Shown: positions 19,378 to 29,822, counted from the stretch's first letter. The stretch: DNA of 64,000 nt from Syntrophorhabdaceae bacterium (GCA_963665295.1 OY762209.1:864001-928000), one strand, 5' to 3'. Notes: generated from the letters alone by a model not told the origin. A program made the numbers and translations.

Positions 19378-20142
19378 TTAGAATACAAACAGATCGAGTC
19401 CGCCCATCATGTTGACGACGGCGCCGGTCATGTATGCCGCTTTATCGGATACGACGAAGGCGATGGCCTCGCCTATCTCGGCAGGCTCGGCGGGTCTGCG
19501 AAGGGCGATCCTCTTCTCGAATTTCTGACGGGTCTCTTCAGGGATGGGCTCATAGTAGGCCTCCGTATTGGCCGTGCCTATCAAGACCACGTTGGCGGTG
19601 ATGCCGTGCCGTGCGCCTTCGAGGGCCGCCGACTTTGCCATGCCTATGAGGCCCGCCTTGGCCGCGCCGTAGCTCGACTGGCCGGAACCACCCATGACGC
19701 CCGCTACCGAGGACATGTTGACGATGCGTCCCCACTTCTTTGCCGTCATATCGGCCCATGCCTCCTTGATGCAGTAGAAGGCGGAGTTGAGACAGAGCTT
19801 CACCTCGTTGTCCCAGTCTTCCACGTTGGTCTTCGCAATGGTCACCATGCGGCGCATCTGGGCTGCGTTGTTGACAAGGATGTCTACGGGACCCATCTCC
19901 GCCTTGATGGCGGCGAAACCCTTCTGCACGTCCCCATAGTCTCTTCCGTTCATCCTCACTGCCATGGACCTGCGGCCCATGGCGCGGATCTCAGCCGCTA
20001 CCTTCTCCACGCCGTCCATGTTGTTGAAGCCTGTTACCACCACATCCGCCCCATCTCTGGCGATGGCCAGGGCTGCGGCCCTCCCGATGCCGTGGGGCAT
20101 TGACGCGCCTGTTACGAGTGCAAGCCTACCTTCTGATCCCAT
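19378..20142 (-). CDS. SDR family oxidoreductase (FabG-like)
   Basis: VTGAS..GIG, LVNNA, YGAAK. Confidence 0.9.
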   Translation of the reverse strand: MGSEGRLALVTGASMPHGIGRAAALAIARDGADVVVTGFNNMDGVEKVAAEIRAMGRRSMAVRMNGRDYGDVQKGFAAIKAEMGPVDILVNNAAQMRRMVTIAKTNVEDWDNEVKLCLNSAFYCIKEAWADMTAKKWGRIVNMSSVAGVMGGSGQSSYGAAKAGLIGMAKSAALEGARHGITANVVLIGTANTEAYYEPIPEETRQKFEKRIALRRPAEPAEIGEAIAFVVSDKAAYMTGAVVNMMGGLDLFVF

Positions 20143-20167
20143 AATGAACCTCCCTTATTTTATTGGA

Positions 20168-20971
20168 CTAAAACTCCTTATTATCTGTGTAACCCAACTC
20201 CCCTGAAATGGCATGGGCCGTTGCGGTCGCCTCCCGGACCAGGCTCCTCACGCCTTTCCCGTCTACCGATGACGAGATGAAACTGACGCCGAGTGCCGCA
20301 ATTACCTTGCCGGAAACATTACGAATGGGGGCAGCCACCCCGCCGACACCGTCTATTGCCGTCTCCCGGTCCACTGCGTATCCCTGCTTCCGTATCTCAC
20401 CGAGCCACGCCACGAACCCCTTTTTGCTGGTGAAGGATTTCTTTGCGGTACCCACGAAGGGGCGTTTCCGAAGAAGCCTTCCGATCTCGCTGTCGGGCTG
20501 GTATGCCATGATGGCGGGTCCCACCATTCCCCAGTAAGGCGGGCGGCGGCGGCCGATGTCCGAGGTGAACCGCACCGGGTTCCTCGAACACTCCCTCTTG
20601 TCGATATAGACCAGATCATCGTTATCGAGCACCCCGAGAAGCACGGTTGTGCCGACCCTGGTCTGCAGCTCGGAAAGATGACGGGACGCGATCCCTCCGA
20701 GAGAGAAAAAGCTGTGGACGATGCTGCCGAGCTGGAACAACCGGATGCCGAGGGAATATTGTTTTGTCTCCCTGTCCTGCCTCAGAAAACCGTATTTTTC
20801 CAGGGTGGAACAAAGCCTGAGCACAGTCGCCCGGGGCAGGTTCAGCGTCCCGGAAAGCTGCGCCGGCGTCAAGCCCGTCTTATCTGCTTCGAACACGTTC
20901 AGGATGTTGAGCGCCCTTTCGAGGGACTGATTGTGATACGCCTCTTCCTTGTCCCCGATCATGGGCGCCAT
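20168..20971 (-). CDS. IclR-family transcriptional regulator
   Basis: SLERALNILNVF, LPRATVLRLCSTL, IRKQGYAVD...VAAPI; start about 20962-20971, shorter than the ORF track. Confidence 0.9.
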   Translation of the reverse strand: MAPMIGDKEEAYHNQSLERALNILNVFEADKTGLTPAQLSGTLNLPRATVLRLCSTLEKYGFLRQDRETKQYSLGIRLFQLGSIVHSFFSLGGIASRHLSELQTRVGTTVLLGVLDNDDLVYIDKRECSRNPVRFTSDIGRRRPPYWGMVGPAIMAYQPDSEIGRLLRKRPFVGTAKKSFTSKKGFVAWLGEIRKQGYAVDRETAIDGVGGVAAPIRNVSGKVIAALGVSFISSSVDGKGVRSLVREATATAHAISGELGYTDNKEF

Positions 20972-21158
20972 CCTATGAAACCGCATCCATTGATACGCAC
21001 AGGCACAACAGGTAATCTCCTTTCCCCCGGCGGGAATTCCGCCGGACTCATGGGCGCGAAGCAGGTGACGCATAGGGATATGCAATTCCACTAAAAAACG
21101 GCCACTATCGACGGGTTCGGTTTCATTCCCCTATGCGTCCCACACTCCGCGCTTCACA

Positions 21159-21341
21159 CTACCCCAATATCTCCTTCGCGTCACTTATGTTCAGCTCCAG
21201 CATCTTCGTGCTTGAGAGGAGTCTTACCACATTCCTCTTCACCGCTTCGATGCCCTCACCCAGTCGATCGATCTCCTCCGCGGTTGCGCGGAGCAGTTTT
21301 ATCTTGTCATCCATGGCCTTAAGGTCGTATCCGGTACTCAT
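21159..21341 (-). CDS. Small 60-aa helical protein
   Basis: GGAGGAG RBS, then MSTGYDLKAMDDKIKLLR...MLELNISD; 8 bp after the ligase stop. Confidence 0.7.
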   Translation of the reverse strand: MSTGYDLKAMDDKIKLLRATAEEIDRLGEGIEAVKRNVVRLLSSTKMLELNISDAKEILG

Positions 21342-21349
21342 GGCTCCTC

Positions 21350-22690
21350 CTAATGTTTTCTCAGGTCTTTGAATCTCTTCGCCTTCACCTCGTACCGGGG
21401 AAGGCTGCCGAAGGGGTGGACCTCCATCTTGTAGCCCAGGTTGGTCTTTACCCTGAGCTGGTCTTTGAGGCGAAGGAGGATGCCGTCCTTGTCCCCCTGA
21501 CACTCCGGCTTGATCTCTATCTTGAGAAGGATGTCGTCGATATCTCCCCTTTTGCTTACCACTACTTCGTACTCGTCGGAAAGCTCATTGAAGCTCCGTA
21601 CCACCTCTTCTATGGCGGTAGGCGCGAGGAGCACACCCTTCACCTTGGTGATGTCGTCGGCCCTGCCCACGACGCCGCCGTCGATGATGCGGAAGGTCCT
21701 GCCGCAATCGCAGGAATAGTCTGCCCAGCGGATCACGTCCTTCGAGTCGAACCTGATGCACGGCTTCGCGATCCTGTCGAAGGCGGTGATGACCATCTTG
21801 CCGTTCCGGTTCGGCTCCTCGATGATCTCGCCCGTGTCCACGTCCTCGATCTCCACGAGGAAGAAGCCCTCGTTCACATGAAGGCCCCTCTGGGCGGTGC
21901 AACTGTAGCTCCATGCGCCTATCTCCGTGGCGCCTATGTGGTCGTACACCTTTGCACCCCAGGCCTCTTCGATCCTCTGCTTCGTGGTGGGTATGCTCGC
22001 GCCCGGTTCTCCCGCACAGGTAATCCTCTTGATGCCGATGGACCTGGGGTCGATCCCGATCTTTCTCGCCGTGTCGGCCATGCCGAGGACGTAGGTGGGG
22101 GTCGCGCCGAAGGCGGTACACTTAAGCTCCTGCATCTTCATGATCCGCGCCTCCGTATCGAGGACGCCTCCCGGCACCACCTCGCAGCCCAGTTTCTCCG
22201 CCGCATAGTGGGCGGCCCAGAAGGCCACGAATATATTGTACCCGAAGGGGATGAACATCCTGTCCGTATCCCGGTAGCCCTGGGCGTAGAGAATATATGC
22301 CCAGCTCTCCGCCCACCAGTCCCAGTCCTGCCATGTATCGGCCTGGTAGACAGGGGTGCCTGTGGTACCGCTGGTCTGGCGGAATTCGGTTACATCCTTG
22401 AGGGGTACGGCGAGGATGTCGCCATAGGGGAAGGGCTCCCTCGTCTGCACGTCCCGGAGCATGCCCTTATCCGTCTTCGGGACCTTCCTGATGTCCTCAT
22501 AGGTCCTGATGTCTCCCGGTTCAATACCTGCGTCCTTGTAGAGCTTCCGGTAGAAGGGTGAATTGGTGTAGGCCCACTCCATTATCCTCCTGAACTTCTT
22601 CACCTGAAGCTCGCGGAGCTTTTCCCGGGGCAGTGTTTCAAGCAGCGGATTCCAATAGATACTGTTGTCTGGCATTCTCGTACCCTCCAT
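21350..22690 (-). CDS. paaK: Phenylacetate--CoA ligase family (aryl-CoA ligase)
   Basis: QTSGTTG, AGEPG, GATEIG, GRADD..KVKGV, KAKRF.D.R. Confidence 0.88.
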   Translation of the reverse strand: MEGTRMPDNSIYWNPLLETLPREKLRELQVKKFRRIMEWAYTNSPFYRKLYKDAGIEPGDIRTYEDIRKVPKTDKGMLRDVQTREPFPYGDILAVPLKDVTEFRQTSGTTGTPVYQADTWQDWDWWAESWAYILYAQGYRDTDRMFIPFGYNIFVAFWAAHYAAEKLGCEVVPGGVLDTEARIMKMQELKCTAFGATPTYVLGMADTARKIGIDPRSIGIKRITCAGEPGASIPTTKQRIEEAWGAKVYDHIGATEIGAWSYSCTAQRGLHVNEGFFLVEIEDVDTGEIIEEPNRNGKMVITAFDRIAKPCIRFDSKDVIRWADYSCDCGRTFRIIDGGVVGRADDITKVKGVLLAPTAIEEVVRSFNELSDEYEVVVSKRGDIDDILLKIEIKPECQGDKDGILLRLKDQLRVKTNLGYKMEVHPFGSLPRYEVKAKRFKDLRKH

Positions 22691-23396
22691 AGTGTTAAAC
22701 AGTCAGACTTCCTATTTGCCTGCGGCGATGGTCCCGGCTCGCGCCCGGCATTCACCCCGCAAGCTCTCACATCGGCGTCCCATGTTATTCCCGGACCCAT
22801 GAAGACTGCCGAAGTCCATCTAGTGCAATGGGTGTTCATAAAGTGATCATTTCACTGGTATTCTATCCCTATCCGAAAGGAAAATGAATATGGTAATAGT
22901 GGGATTATAATGCTACCAAAATACTCATAGTTCGACGGGAAGCAAGATTGGATATGGTGTGGGGCGATGCCGTGGAATATTCGACGACCATGAGAGGATT
23001 AAGATAGAAATACACGGTGAAGCTCAGAACCGCGTCATCCCATGTCGAATGAAGTATGCGATGTCAGCAGCTTACCCTGACTCCCACAATCGGCCCGCGA
23101 AAGATGGCGTCCCACTCCCGGGCACCTCCACCCTATCGTGTCACTTCTATCTGCCTTTATCGGCACCGCAGATCTTTCTCAGACCCACCCCGTCTTCGGG
23201 GTTGCCGCGAAGAACGGGACGATATCGAGGGAAGCGACTTTCGGTGCCGTCCCTTCCTATTTATGTTTCACTTCAGGGGCCGAGATGATAGAATGACTCA
23301 CCACACAACAGGCCTGAACCACGGTGAACGTGGGCGGAGCCCAATACGGTCCTTGCTGATTACAAAACCGCAGGGGCTGAGAAATAGGGTGAACAT

Positions 23397-23789
23397 ATGA
23401 AGGTATTCGAGGCGATGCGGGGAAATGTGAAATTGTTTGCTGTCCTGGCGGGATTGTTTCTGATGGCGGCCATGATCACCATGTGCACGGACACGCCTTC
23501 TCAAAAGGGCAACGATTTTCCCGTGGGTGAACGGGGCATGCTCAATTCCGGGGGAGAACTGACGCCCGTAGCCGTTGACGAAGAAGCCTTCGTGGAATGG
23601 ACAAAGGCAATGGCGGCCAAAGACGCCGAGGCCAAAACTCGGCTTATAGGCTCGGGCAGGATATTGGCAGCCGAAATAGGGACAACGGTGAGCATAACAG
23701 GCATGGCGCCGTCCGGCAGAAAGGTCGAAATACTGAATGGTTCGCTCCGCGGCCGGACAGTATGGGTGGCTCCGGAGTACATCAGGTAA
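23397..23789 (+). CDS. Hypothetical exported or membrane-anchored protein
   Basis: N-terminal hydrophobic segment; C-terminal beta-rich ...KVEILNG...TVWV motif; promoter-like element upstream. Confidence 0.55.
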   Translation: MKVFEAMRGNVKLFAVLAGLFLMAAMITMCTDTPSQKGNDFPVGERGMLNSGGELTPVAVDEEAFVEWTKAMAAKDAEAKTRLIGSGRILAAEIGTTVSITGMAPSGRKVEILNGSLRGRTVWVAPEYIR

Positions 23790-23923
23790 TACGGAGGGGC
23801 GCCCTGCCATCCGGATCCGGTAGGCGTTGCGCCTTTCAGGTGTTTAAACCGGAAGGGGATCACCATTCTTCGTGACCCTTTCCGGTTTATTTCTGTATAT
23901 TCCCCACTTTACTGTTCCCGCCT

Positions 23924-25339
23924 CTAATCCAGGGGGACATTGTTCAATATGCCCGGCGGCACCTCTTTTCCGTAGGGCTGGACGTATTTCTGATCTATTG
24001 CCTCCGTGAGAAGTTTCTTGAAAGTGGACCACTTGACGTCCAGATTCGTGGAGGAGATGCTTGCCCCGGGTATGGCGAGCTGCATCGTCGCGGGCGGCTC
24101 CGTGAGGCTCAGCGATGTCAGGCTGCGCAACTGTTCGAGGGTTTGGGAGGTGTAAAAGACGCGAACAAAATTGCCCATTGATCTGGAATGCCGCAATTCG
24201 AAGACCATCATGCCGCCCGGGGAACAATAGTCCTGTTGGTAGCCGGGCAAAGTCCAGTGGACGCCGAGGAGTCCCGCCATTCCTGCTACGTAGTAATCGG
24301 AGCTGATGACTGCGACGATCCGTGATTTGGAGGTCCCGAATGCTCCCCGGGAATTGCTGCCTGATACGACCTGATTCATGGAGCGAAGGATATGGTTGGC
24401 GGCGTTCGAGCTCTGCACCTGATCAATATAGGGCAGACGCATCTGGATACCTATTTCCAGGACGGTGAGGCGGGTCTCCTGTGAAAGGGTATCCGGCGTG
24501 AGCCGGCCCCAGGCCACGTCGGAGGGGTCGAAGCCGTCGGCGTATTGCATCATAAAAGAGTCGGTGGCCGTTGTCGTGAAGGACAGTCCGCCGAGGTAGA
24601 AGGCTCCTCCTGTTCCCTTTATGGGGTCGTTGACGGTGAGGGCAAACGCTATGGTAGTCGGGTCATAGGAGCCTTGCGGCCCCGGGGGCGCGGGAGGGAG
24701 AGGGGGCAGTGTTCCAGGGGGGTTGATCGGCTGTGTCCCCGGCGGGTAGAGGACACTGCTCACGAGGGCAAGCTCGCCGCGGTACGCGGACGTCAACGCC
24801 GCTGCGTTTTGGAAGAAGCCAAGAATTTCGGCCTGGGCGCGATCAGGGTCGGCTGTCGCCACCTTTGTCTTGATGGGATCAAATACGGGGTCAGGTGTCC
24901 CGAGGGTGTATGAATGGACAGGCACCGTCGCACCGGGGATCAGTCCGGCCCCGAAAAAGGAAGCGGTAACGTTGGAGCGCTGGATGGAATTGGCGCGGAA
25001 ATACAATTTGGGCAGGTCCGTTGAAGTATTGCCCGTGAGAAGTCCTTCATGGGTGAGATAGGCGTTGAAGTAGGCGCCCATGAGACGCGCCGCCTCCTGT
25101 CCGTTGGGGGTCAGGTAGCCCACCGGGACCCCTGTGAAGGGCGGGTAAGGGTCCACCGAAAACTGGTCCAGGGTGGCCTGGGTGTTTGTGCCCGACCGTA
25201 TGCTGTGGCGGCCGAAGATGAGGATCTGTTTGAGTGTACTGTCATCATCGGGCCTGATTGTCTGCGCCAGGACCGGGACGACGATGGTGAGGGCAAGGAG
25301 CAGCCCTATGAGAACAACCTTGAATTTCAACAACTTCAC
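23924..25339 (-). CDS. Secreted histidine acid phosphatase (AppA/Agp-like)
   Basis: GTG start after AGGAGG; signal peptide; FGRHSIRS, GYLTPNG, NSIQRSNVTA, SPGGMMVFEL. Confidence 0.8.
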   Translation of the reverse strand: MKLLKFKVVLIGLLLALTIVVPVLAQTIRPDDDSTLKQILIFGRHSIRSGTNTQATLDQFSVDPYPPFTGVPVGYLTPNGQEAARLMGAYFNAYLTHEGLLTGNTSTDLPKLYFRANSIQRSNVTASFFGAGLIPGATVPVHSYTLGTPDPVFDPIKTKVATADPDRAQAEILGFFQNAAALTSAYRGELALVSSVLYPPGTQPINPPGTLPPLPPAPPGPQGSYDPTTIAFALTVNDPIKGTGGAFYLGGLSFTTTATDSFMMQYADGFDPSDVAWGRLTPDTLSQETRLTVLEIGIQMRLPYIDQVQSSNAANHILRSMNQVVSGSNSRGAFGTSKSRIVAVISSDYYVAGMAGLLGVHWTLPGYQQDYCSPGGMMVFELRHSRSMGNFVRVFYTSQTLEQLRSLTSLSLTEPPATMQLAIPGASISSTNLDVKWSTFKKLLTEAIDQKYVQPYGKEVPPGILNNVPLD

Positions 25340-25601
25340 AATGCACCTCCTTGAGCGATAGACAGCACGAAACCTTACATCCATACTTATCGCCCATTCG
25401 GCGTTGAGCATAAGCGCACCGACCAGGGCGTCAGCCAAAAGGACTGAGTATTTCCGGTTTGACGCAAACAGGCCTTCCTTGGCAAAGTGACGGGCAGTCT
25501 TTTCCTTATTATGATTCCATTGCCCCGAGGAAAGGATCCGGGCCGGAATGGCCGTGCCCGCGTTGTGGGGAGCGGGATGGGGGGCATGGCATGTTTTTTG
25601 A

Positions 25602-25660
25602 TTGACAAAGGCACACATAATATTATATTACGATAATACATTATTGTTAACTAATAACTA
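25602..25660 (+). promoter_or_regulatory. Promoter and AT-rich imperfect palindromes upstream of the DUF2975-HTH pair
   Basis: TTGACA at 25602, TATATT at 25624, and the imperfect inverted repeat TTATTGTTAACTAATAA. Confidence 0.45.
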
Positions 25661-25687
25661 GTTGCTGAAACTAAAACGGGGGAATAG

Positions 25688-26239
25688 TTGAGCATGGATG
25701 GGAAGACAATCCGCGCGACCAGGCTGGTCGGGCTTGGGCGAGTCCTCAAGGTTTTCATATGGCTCGCGGGAAGCGTGAGCGCCTGTGTGGCAGTGTTGAG
25801 GTGGTTCGTGTGTGACGTGAGAGCCTTTCTGCCTCCCACTCTGGCAGCCTTCATGCCGTCCGGTTCGCTCGATATGGCACGGCGGTCGGCCGGTTTCTGC
25901 GCGGAGCTAATGCCGCTTGCCGCGGCGATCTACATTCTTGTCATGCTCTATAGGATAGCTTCGGCGTGCATCGGGGGTACTCCCTTCGGACCGAAGGTGG
26001 GCCTTGTGTGCAGCAGGCTCGGTTGCGGCCTGATCCTCCTCGGCGCTGCAAACGGGCTCTATACCGCGCTGGTCTCGGTTATTTTGACGTATACTCCCGG
26101 CGCCAAAAACCTCAGGATCTCTTTCGGGTTGAGCACGGCGGATCTCTACTTGATGGTGGTAGGGGTCGCGGTCATGATGCTGGGGTACGTGATGGACGAG
26201 GCGTATCGGATCTACCAGGAAAACTCGTTAATCATTTAG
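25688..26239 (+). CDS. DUF2975-like membrane protein
   Basis: Four TM segments, GTPF motif, C-terminal EAYRIYQENSLII; paired with a YozG-like HTH gene. Confidence 0.75.
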   Translation: MSMDGKTIRATRLVGLGRVLKVFIWLAGSVSACVAVLRWFVCDVRAFLPPTLAAFMPSGSLDMARRSAGFCAELMPLAAAIYILVMLYRIASACIGGTPFGPKVGLVCSRLGCGLILLGAANGLYTALVSVILTYTPGAKNLRISFGLSTADLYLMVVGVAVMMLGYVMDEAYRIYQENSLII

Positions 26240-26246
26240 GGACACT

Positions 26247-26489
26247 ATGCCTATCATCGTCCGGCTTGACCTTATGCTTGCGAAGCGGAAAGTGAGATCC
26301 AAGCAGCTTGCCGAGCATATCGGGATTACCGAGGCCAATCTGTCGCTTTTAAAAAGCGGCAAAGTAAAGGGCATTCGTTTCTCCACGCTGGAAGCCATCT
26401 GTGATTTTCTCCGGTGCCAGCCCGGGGACCTCTTGGAGTATGAGCCTTCGGACGAGGAAGGACCCGGGAAATCATTGAGATCATCATAA
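26247..26489 (+). CDS. Cro/C1 HTH regulator (YozG-like)
   Basis: MPIIVRLDLMLAKRK...ITEANLSLLKSGKVKGIRFSTLEAIC..L.CQPGDLLEY. Confidence 0.9.
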   Translation: MPIIVRLDLMLAKRKVRSKQLAEHIGITEANLSLLKSGKVKGIRFSTLEAICDFLRCQPGDLLEYEPSDEEGPGKSLRSS

Positions 26490-26507
26490 TGAAAAGGAGG
26501 AAGTTCT

Positions 26508-26876
26508 ATGAAGGCGATCTTTGCATCTTTACTGGCCGCGGCTGCCCTTGTGCTGAGCGCGTGCGCCACCACCACTCCCATCAACAACCTGGTGCTGCCG
26601 CCCGTAAGTACCATAGAAGGAGCCGTAACCGAGATCGATGAGAACGGCTTTGTTCTCGCCGATGATTCCGGCTCGATCTACGTCCTGGCCAGACTGCCGA
26701 AGAAGGAGAAGATGAATCTCTCCCTTCGCGAGAAAATAAGGGTATACGGCAATCTACAGGGTGGCGAGCAGAGAATATTCGACGGGTACGTGATCAGGAA
26801 AGCCACAGGAGAGCAGATCATCATAAACAACCCGACTCCTCACATGGGCATCATCATCCAGGGCCGGTTCAACTAG
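26508..26876 (+). CDS. Lipoprotein with probable OB-fold
   Basis: LSAC lipobox; IEGAVTEID...FVLADDSGSIYV. Confidence 0.7.
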   Translation: MKAIFASLLAAAALVLSACATTTPINNLVLPPVSTIEGAVTEIDENGFVLADDSGSIYVLARLPKKEKMNLSLREKIRVYGNLQGGEQRIFDGYVIRKATGEQIIINNPTPHMGIIIQGRFN

Positions 26877-26965
26877 AAGGAAAGCCTGGGAGAGGGAGCT
26901 ATCGAATTATTGGACGTTCCCCTCGTCCCTAAATTCAGGGGAGATGGCAAGGTTGAATTGGACTT

Positions 26966-27037
26966 GGAGACGTAGTTGACGAGCGTGACAAACTCGGTTG
27001 AATCTACGAGTAACTCACGATGGTCAACTACGTCCCC
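26966..27037. repeat. Long REP-like hairpin
   Basis: GGAGACGTAGTTGAC ... GTCAACTACGTCCCC, with inner pairs CGTGA/TCACG and ACTCG/CGAGT. Confidence 0.75.
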
Positions 27038-27051
27038 TATTTACTCCCTGG

Positions 27052-27600
27052 CTACCCAAATTTTAACCGGTAAAGGTCAACAGCAAATCGAAAAATAAAA
27101 CCTGCGGCTGTAAGAGACAATGCAAGGCCGACAAAGCCGACGGCGGCCAAGATATTACTCGTGGCTTTTCGATAGAAAAATGGTGTTTTTATTGCAAAAG
27201 AGAAGAAAACGATAAAGGCAATCACTATCCACAGAACCAAATCCAACCAGTCGAGAAGCAATACCGTGCGGGCAAGAAAATAGTTAAGAGATTCATTTAT
27301 AACCAAGAAGAACAGTTTTAGTCCCCACAGAAGTCCTATGACCAGGAACATCGGGCTTGCCCCCCATCCCTTTGTTTTAACCATATGAACTGTAGACAAA
27401 ATATGGGTCAAAACAATTGGGATGAGAGCCATGAGTGTCAAGAGGGCCCGAATCTCTGCCCGCGTTTTCATGGTGGCAGCAAAGACAAACATTGTGACCG
27501 CAAAACACCACGCATATGCCATATATAGACGTAACAGCTCTTCAACTTTCATCGCAAATAGCCCCATGTTCTGCACCAGCCCCGCCCTCCCCCACATCAC
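27052..27600 (-). CDS. Hypothetical integral membrane protein
   Basis: About five hydrophobic segments; 3 bp after the upstream gene. Confidence 0.6.
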   Translation of the reverse strand: MMWGRAGLVQNMGLFAMKVEELLRLYMAYAWCFAVTMFVFAATMKTRAEIRALLTLMALIPIVLTHILSTVHMVKTKGWGASPMFLVIGLLWGLKLFFLVINESLNYFLARTVLLLDWLDLVLWIVIAFIVFFSFAIKTPFFYRKATSNILAAVGFVGLALSLTAAGFIFRFAVDLYRLKFG

Positions 27601-27603
27601 TTT

Positions 27604-28149
27604 TCATTGTGAAAGTTCAAATTTAAAAAACACATATTTCCCTTGCTCCTTCTTGAACGAGAACTCGCCTCCCCCACCTCCCGGTCGGTTGTTGTACGCA
27701 GGAACGAACCTGACCACAGTAAGAGTTCCCTCTTCAGTGAGATCAACATGTGTTTTGTTTACGTCTATGTAGTAGAGCTGCGCAATTTCTCTGGTTAGCT
27801 CAATCAGCTTCTTCTTGTCACCTTCAGGGACCGATCTCCAAACAACGTGTCGAAGCTTGATGTCTGAGTAAACATACCCTTTGGGTTCCTTCCGAAAGAA
27901 GACGCTGCCGCTGCCGCCCCGTTGGGAAGGGACCTTTGGCATGAACCTGACTTCGACGTAACCGTCTCCAGTAGTGAAAACAACATAGGATTGACCCACA
28001 TTTATGTAATTGCTCTCCGCAATCTCGCCGGCCGCCTGGATTAGCCTCTCTCTATTCTTAAGAAGATCGCCTTCGGCGCCATATGCATTACCTACTATCC
28101 CGCCACAACAAAATGCTAGGCAGAGAAGCAATGATACCGCTGTATTCAT
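27604..28149 (-). CDS. Hypothetical secreted protein with an internal domain duplication
   Basis: Signal peptide; two units of LI....EIA...YI.V...VRF.P...GG.G..F.KE..YV. Confidence 0.7.
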   Translation of the reverse strand: MNTAVSLLLCLAFCCGGIVGNAYGAEGDLLKNRERLIQAAGEIAESNYINVGQSYVVFTTGDGYVEVRFMPKVPSQRGGSGSVFFRKEPKGYVYSDIKLRHVVWRSVPEGDKKKLIELTREIAQLYYIDVNKTHVDLTEEGTLTVVRFVPAYNNRPGGGGGEFSFKKEQGKYVFFKFELSQ

Positions 28150-28260
28150 TCGGTCCTCGCTATTATGGTGTTATTCATTAGTCTTTATCAGGGCTATACC
28201 CAATTATAGTTTTTGGTGAAACCGTTTTTTGACGGGGCTCGGAACTTAGGGGAACTATTC

Positions 28261-28581
28261 TTAACCGCCAGCGAAAACGGTTTTACCGATTCGTGGTATC
28301 GGTTTTACCGGCTCACTAATGCTACTCTGGGTGTTGGCATAGGCCCCGACAACATATATTACAATCGTAGTTGCCAAAAGAATCAACACTTTGACAACGA
28401 GCTGCCATGGGCTATTGGCTCTCATTCTTCCATACACCTGAACCTCCTCAGTCACCCAGAACGTGTGCAAAAAGAAGGGCACAGGGCCCAGAGACGCGAC
28501 AGATGCAATGGCGCATGTTGCTGAAGCACTGACCGACTTGTGAAATATGAACCTTACTGCAGACATAAGTATCGTAGCTAG
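28261..28581 (-). pseudogene. 3' remnant of a membrane protein gene interrupted by IS630
   Basis: The frame continues across the excised IS (GIAGGI|LATILMSAVRF); the 5' part is lost at the CMD-block junction near 29822. Confidence 0.55.
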
Positions 28582-29803
28582 TGTCACGTCACTCATCTAA
28601 TGTCGGATAAAGTCGCCTAAGTTTCACCCGCGCATCCTTAGTAGTAAATTGCCAGTTCACCTTTGCGTTGAGATTGTCGCGATGGGCCTGCCAGGCAGAC
28701 ACGGCGGAGTGGACCTCGGCGAGAGTGTCGATCCGGCGACTCAGGCATTGATGAATGAGCACGTTAAGCTCAATCTCCGCCATATTGAGCCAGCTTCCAT
28801 GTTTGGGAGTATAGACGAATTCAAAGCGGTCCCAGATGCGTTTGGCCTCTTCGGGAGAAAAGGCTTCATAAAGAGAGCCGGGTTTATGGGTGTTCAGGTT
28901 ATCCATGACAAGGGTGATCCTTTTGGCCTTTCCATACCGTCCTGAAAGTTCCCGGATGAACTCCGCCCAGTCGCGCTTCGTTCTCCTTTCCGATACCTTG
29001 GTCAGGCGCGTGCCCGCCAATGGTTCGTTGGCCATAAATACGGTACAGACGCCACATCGCTCGTATTCGTAGTCGTGACGCTCGAGCCGTCCCGGAGCGC
29101 GGGGAATCGGGGTACGCGTTTCTTTGATCAGTTGTCTTGGGGTTTCATCCATACAGACCACCGGGAATCTTTTATCATACGGGCGTTTATATACATCGAG
29201 TACGTTCTCCATGGCGGCGACGAAATCAGCATTGCCCTCCGGTGGAATGACCCATCCTTGCTGCTTCCAGGGTTTTGTTTCGTTTTTTTAAAACCCGACG
29301 CACGGTTTCATAGGAGATATTCTCGATATAATTGAGCGCTACGGCCCGGTTCGCGAGCATACGCAAGGTCCACCTCGCAAAACCTTCTGGTGGTTCGCTA
29401 CAGCTCAAGGCAATGAGGTGGGCCTCGAAATCGCCATCCGCCTTCTTCTCGTAGACTCGCTCTGCTTTGTGTCCGGTAAGGGCAGTCTCAAGTCCTTCTT
29501 CCACGAATCGCTTTTTTACTCTATCTATCTTACGCATGCTGATTCGCAACACTGCCGATATATCCTCGTTCTTCATCGGGTGGTCCTGGAACCGGCCCTG
29601 ATCGCAATTGAGAAGAACCAGCGCATTGAGCACCTTTTGGGCTTTATGATTTCCTTTTTGCACCACGCCTTCAAGTTCCTTTCGCTCTTCTTTTTCGAGC
29701 ACCACCCTATATTTTATCATTCGGACCTCCCCATGGTGAAATTTAACCCTTGAGGAGATTCTATATCATACTATACGACATTACAAGTGTGATGTGACAC
29801 TAG
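28578..29803 (-). mobile_element. IS630-family element B (two-ORF, frameshifting type)
   Basis: Ends CTAGTGTCACGTCAC and reverse-complement CTAGTGTCACATCAC; CTAG at both junctions. Confidence 0.92.
28589..29720 (-). CDS. IS630 transposase expressed by a -1 frameshift (orfA 29226-29720, orfB frame to 28589)
   Basis: A7 slippery run at 29283-29289 joins RVLKK to NETKPWKQQGWVIPP...MENVLDVY; CMDE, MDNLNTH, SWLNMAEIE. Confidence 0.9.
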
Positions 29804-29822
29804 TATGCCGCCTGCAATGCCA

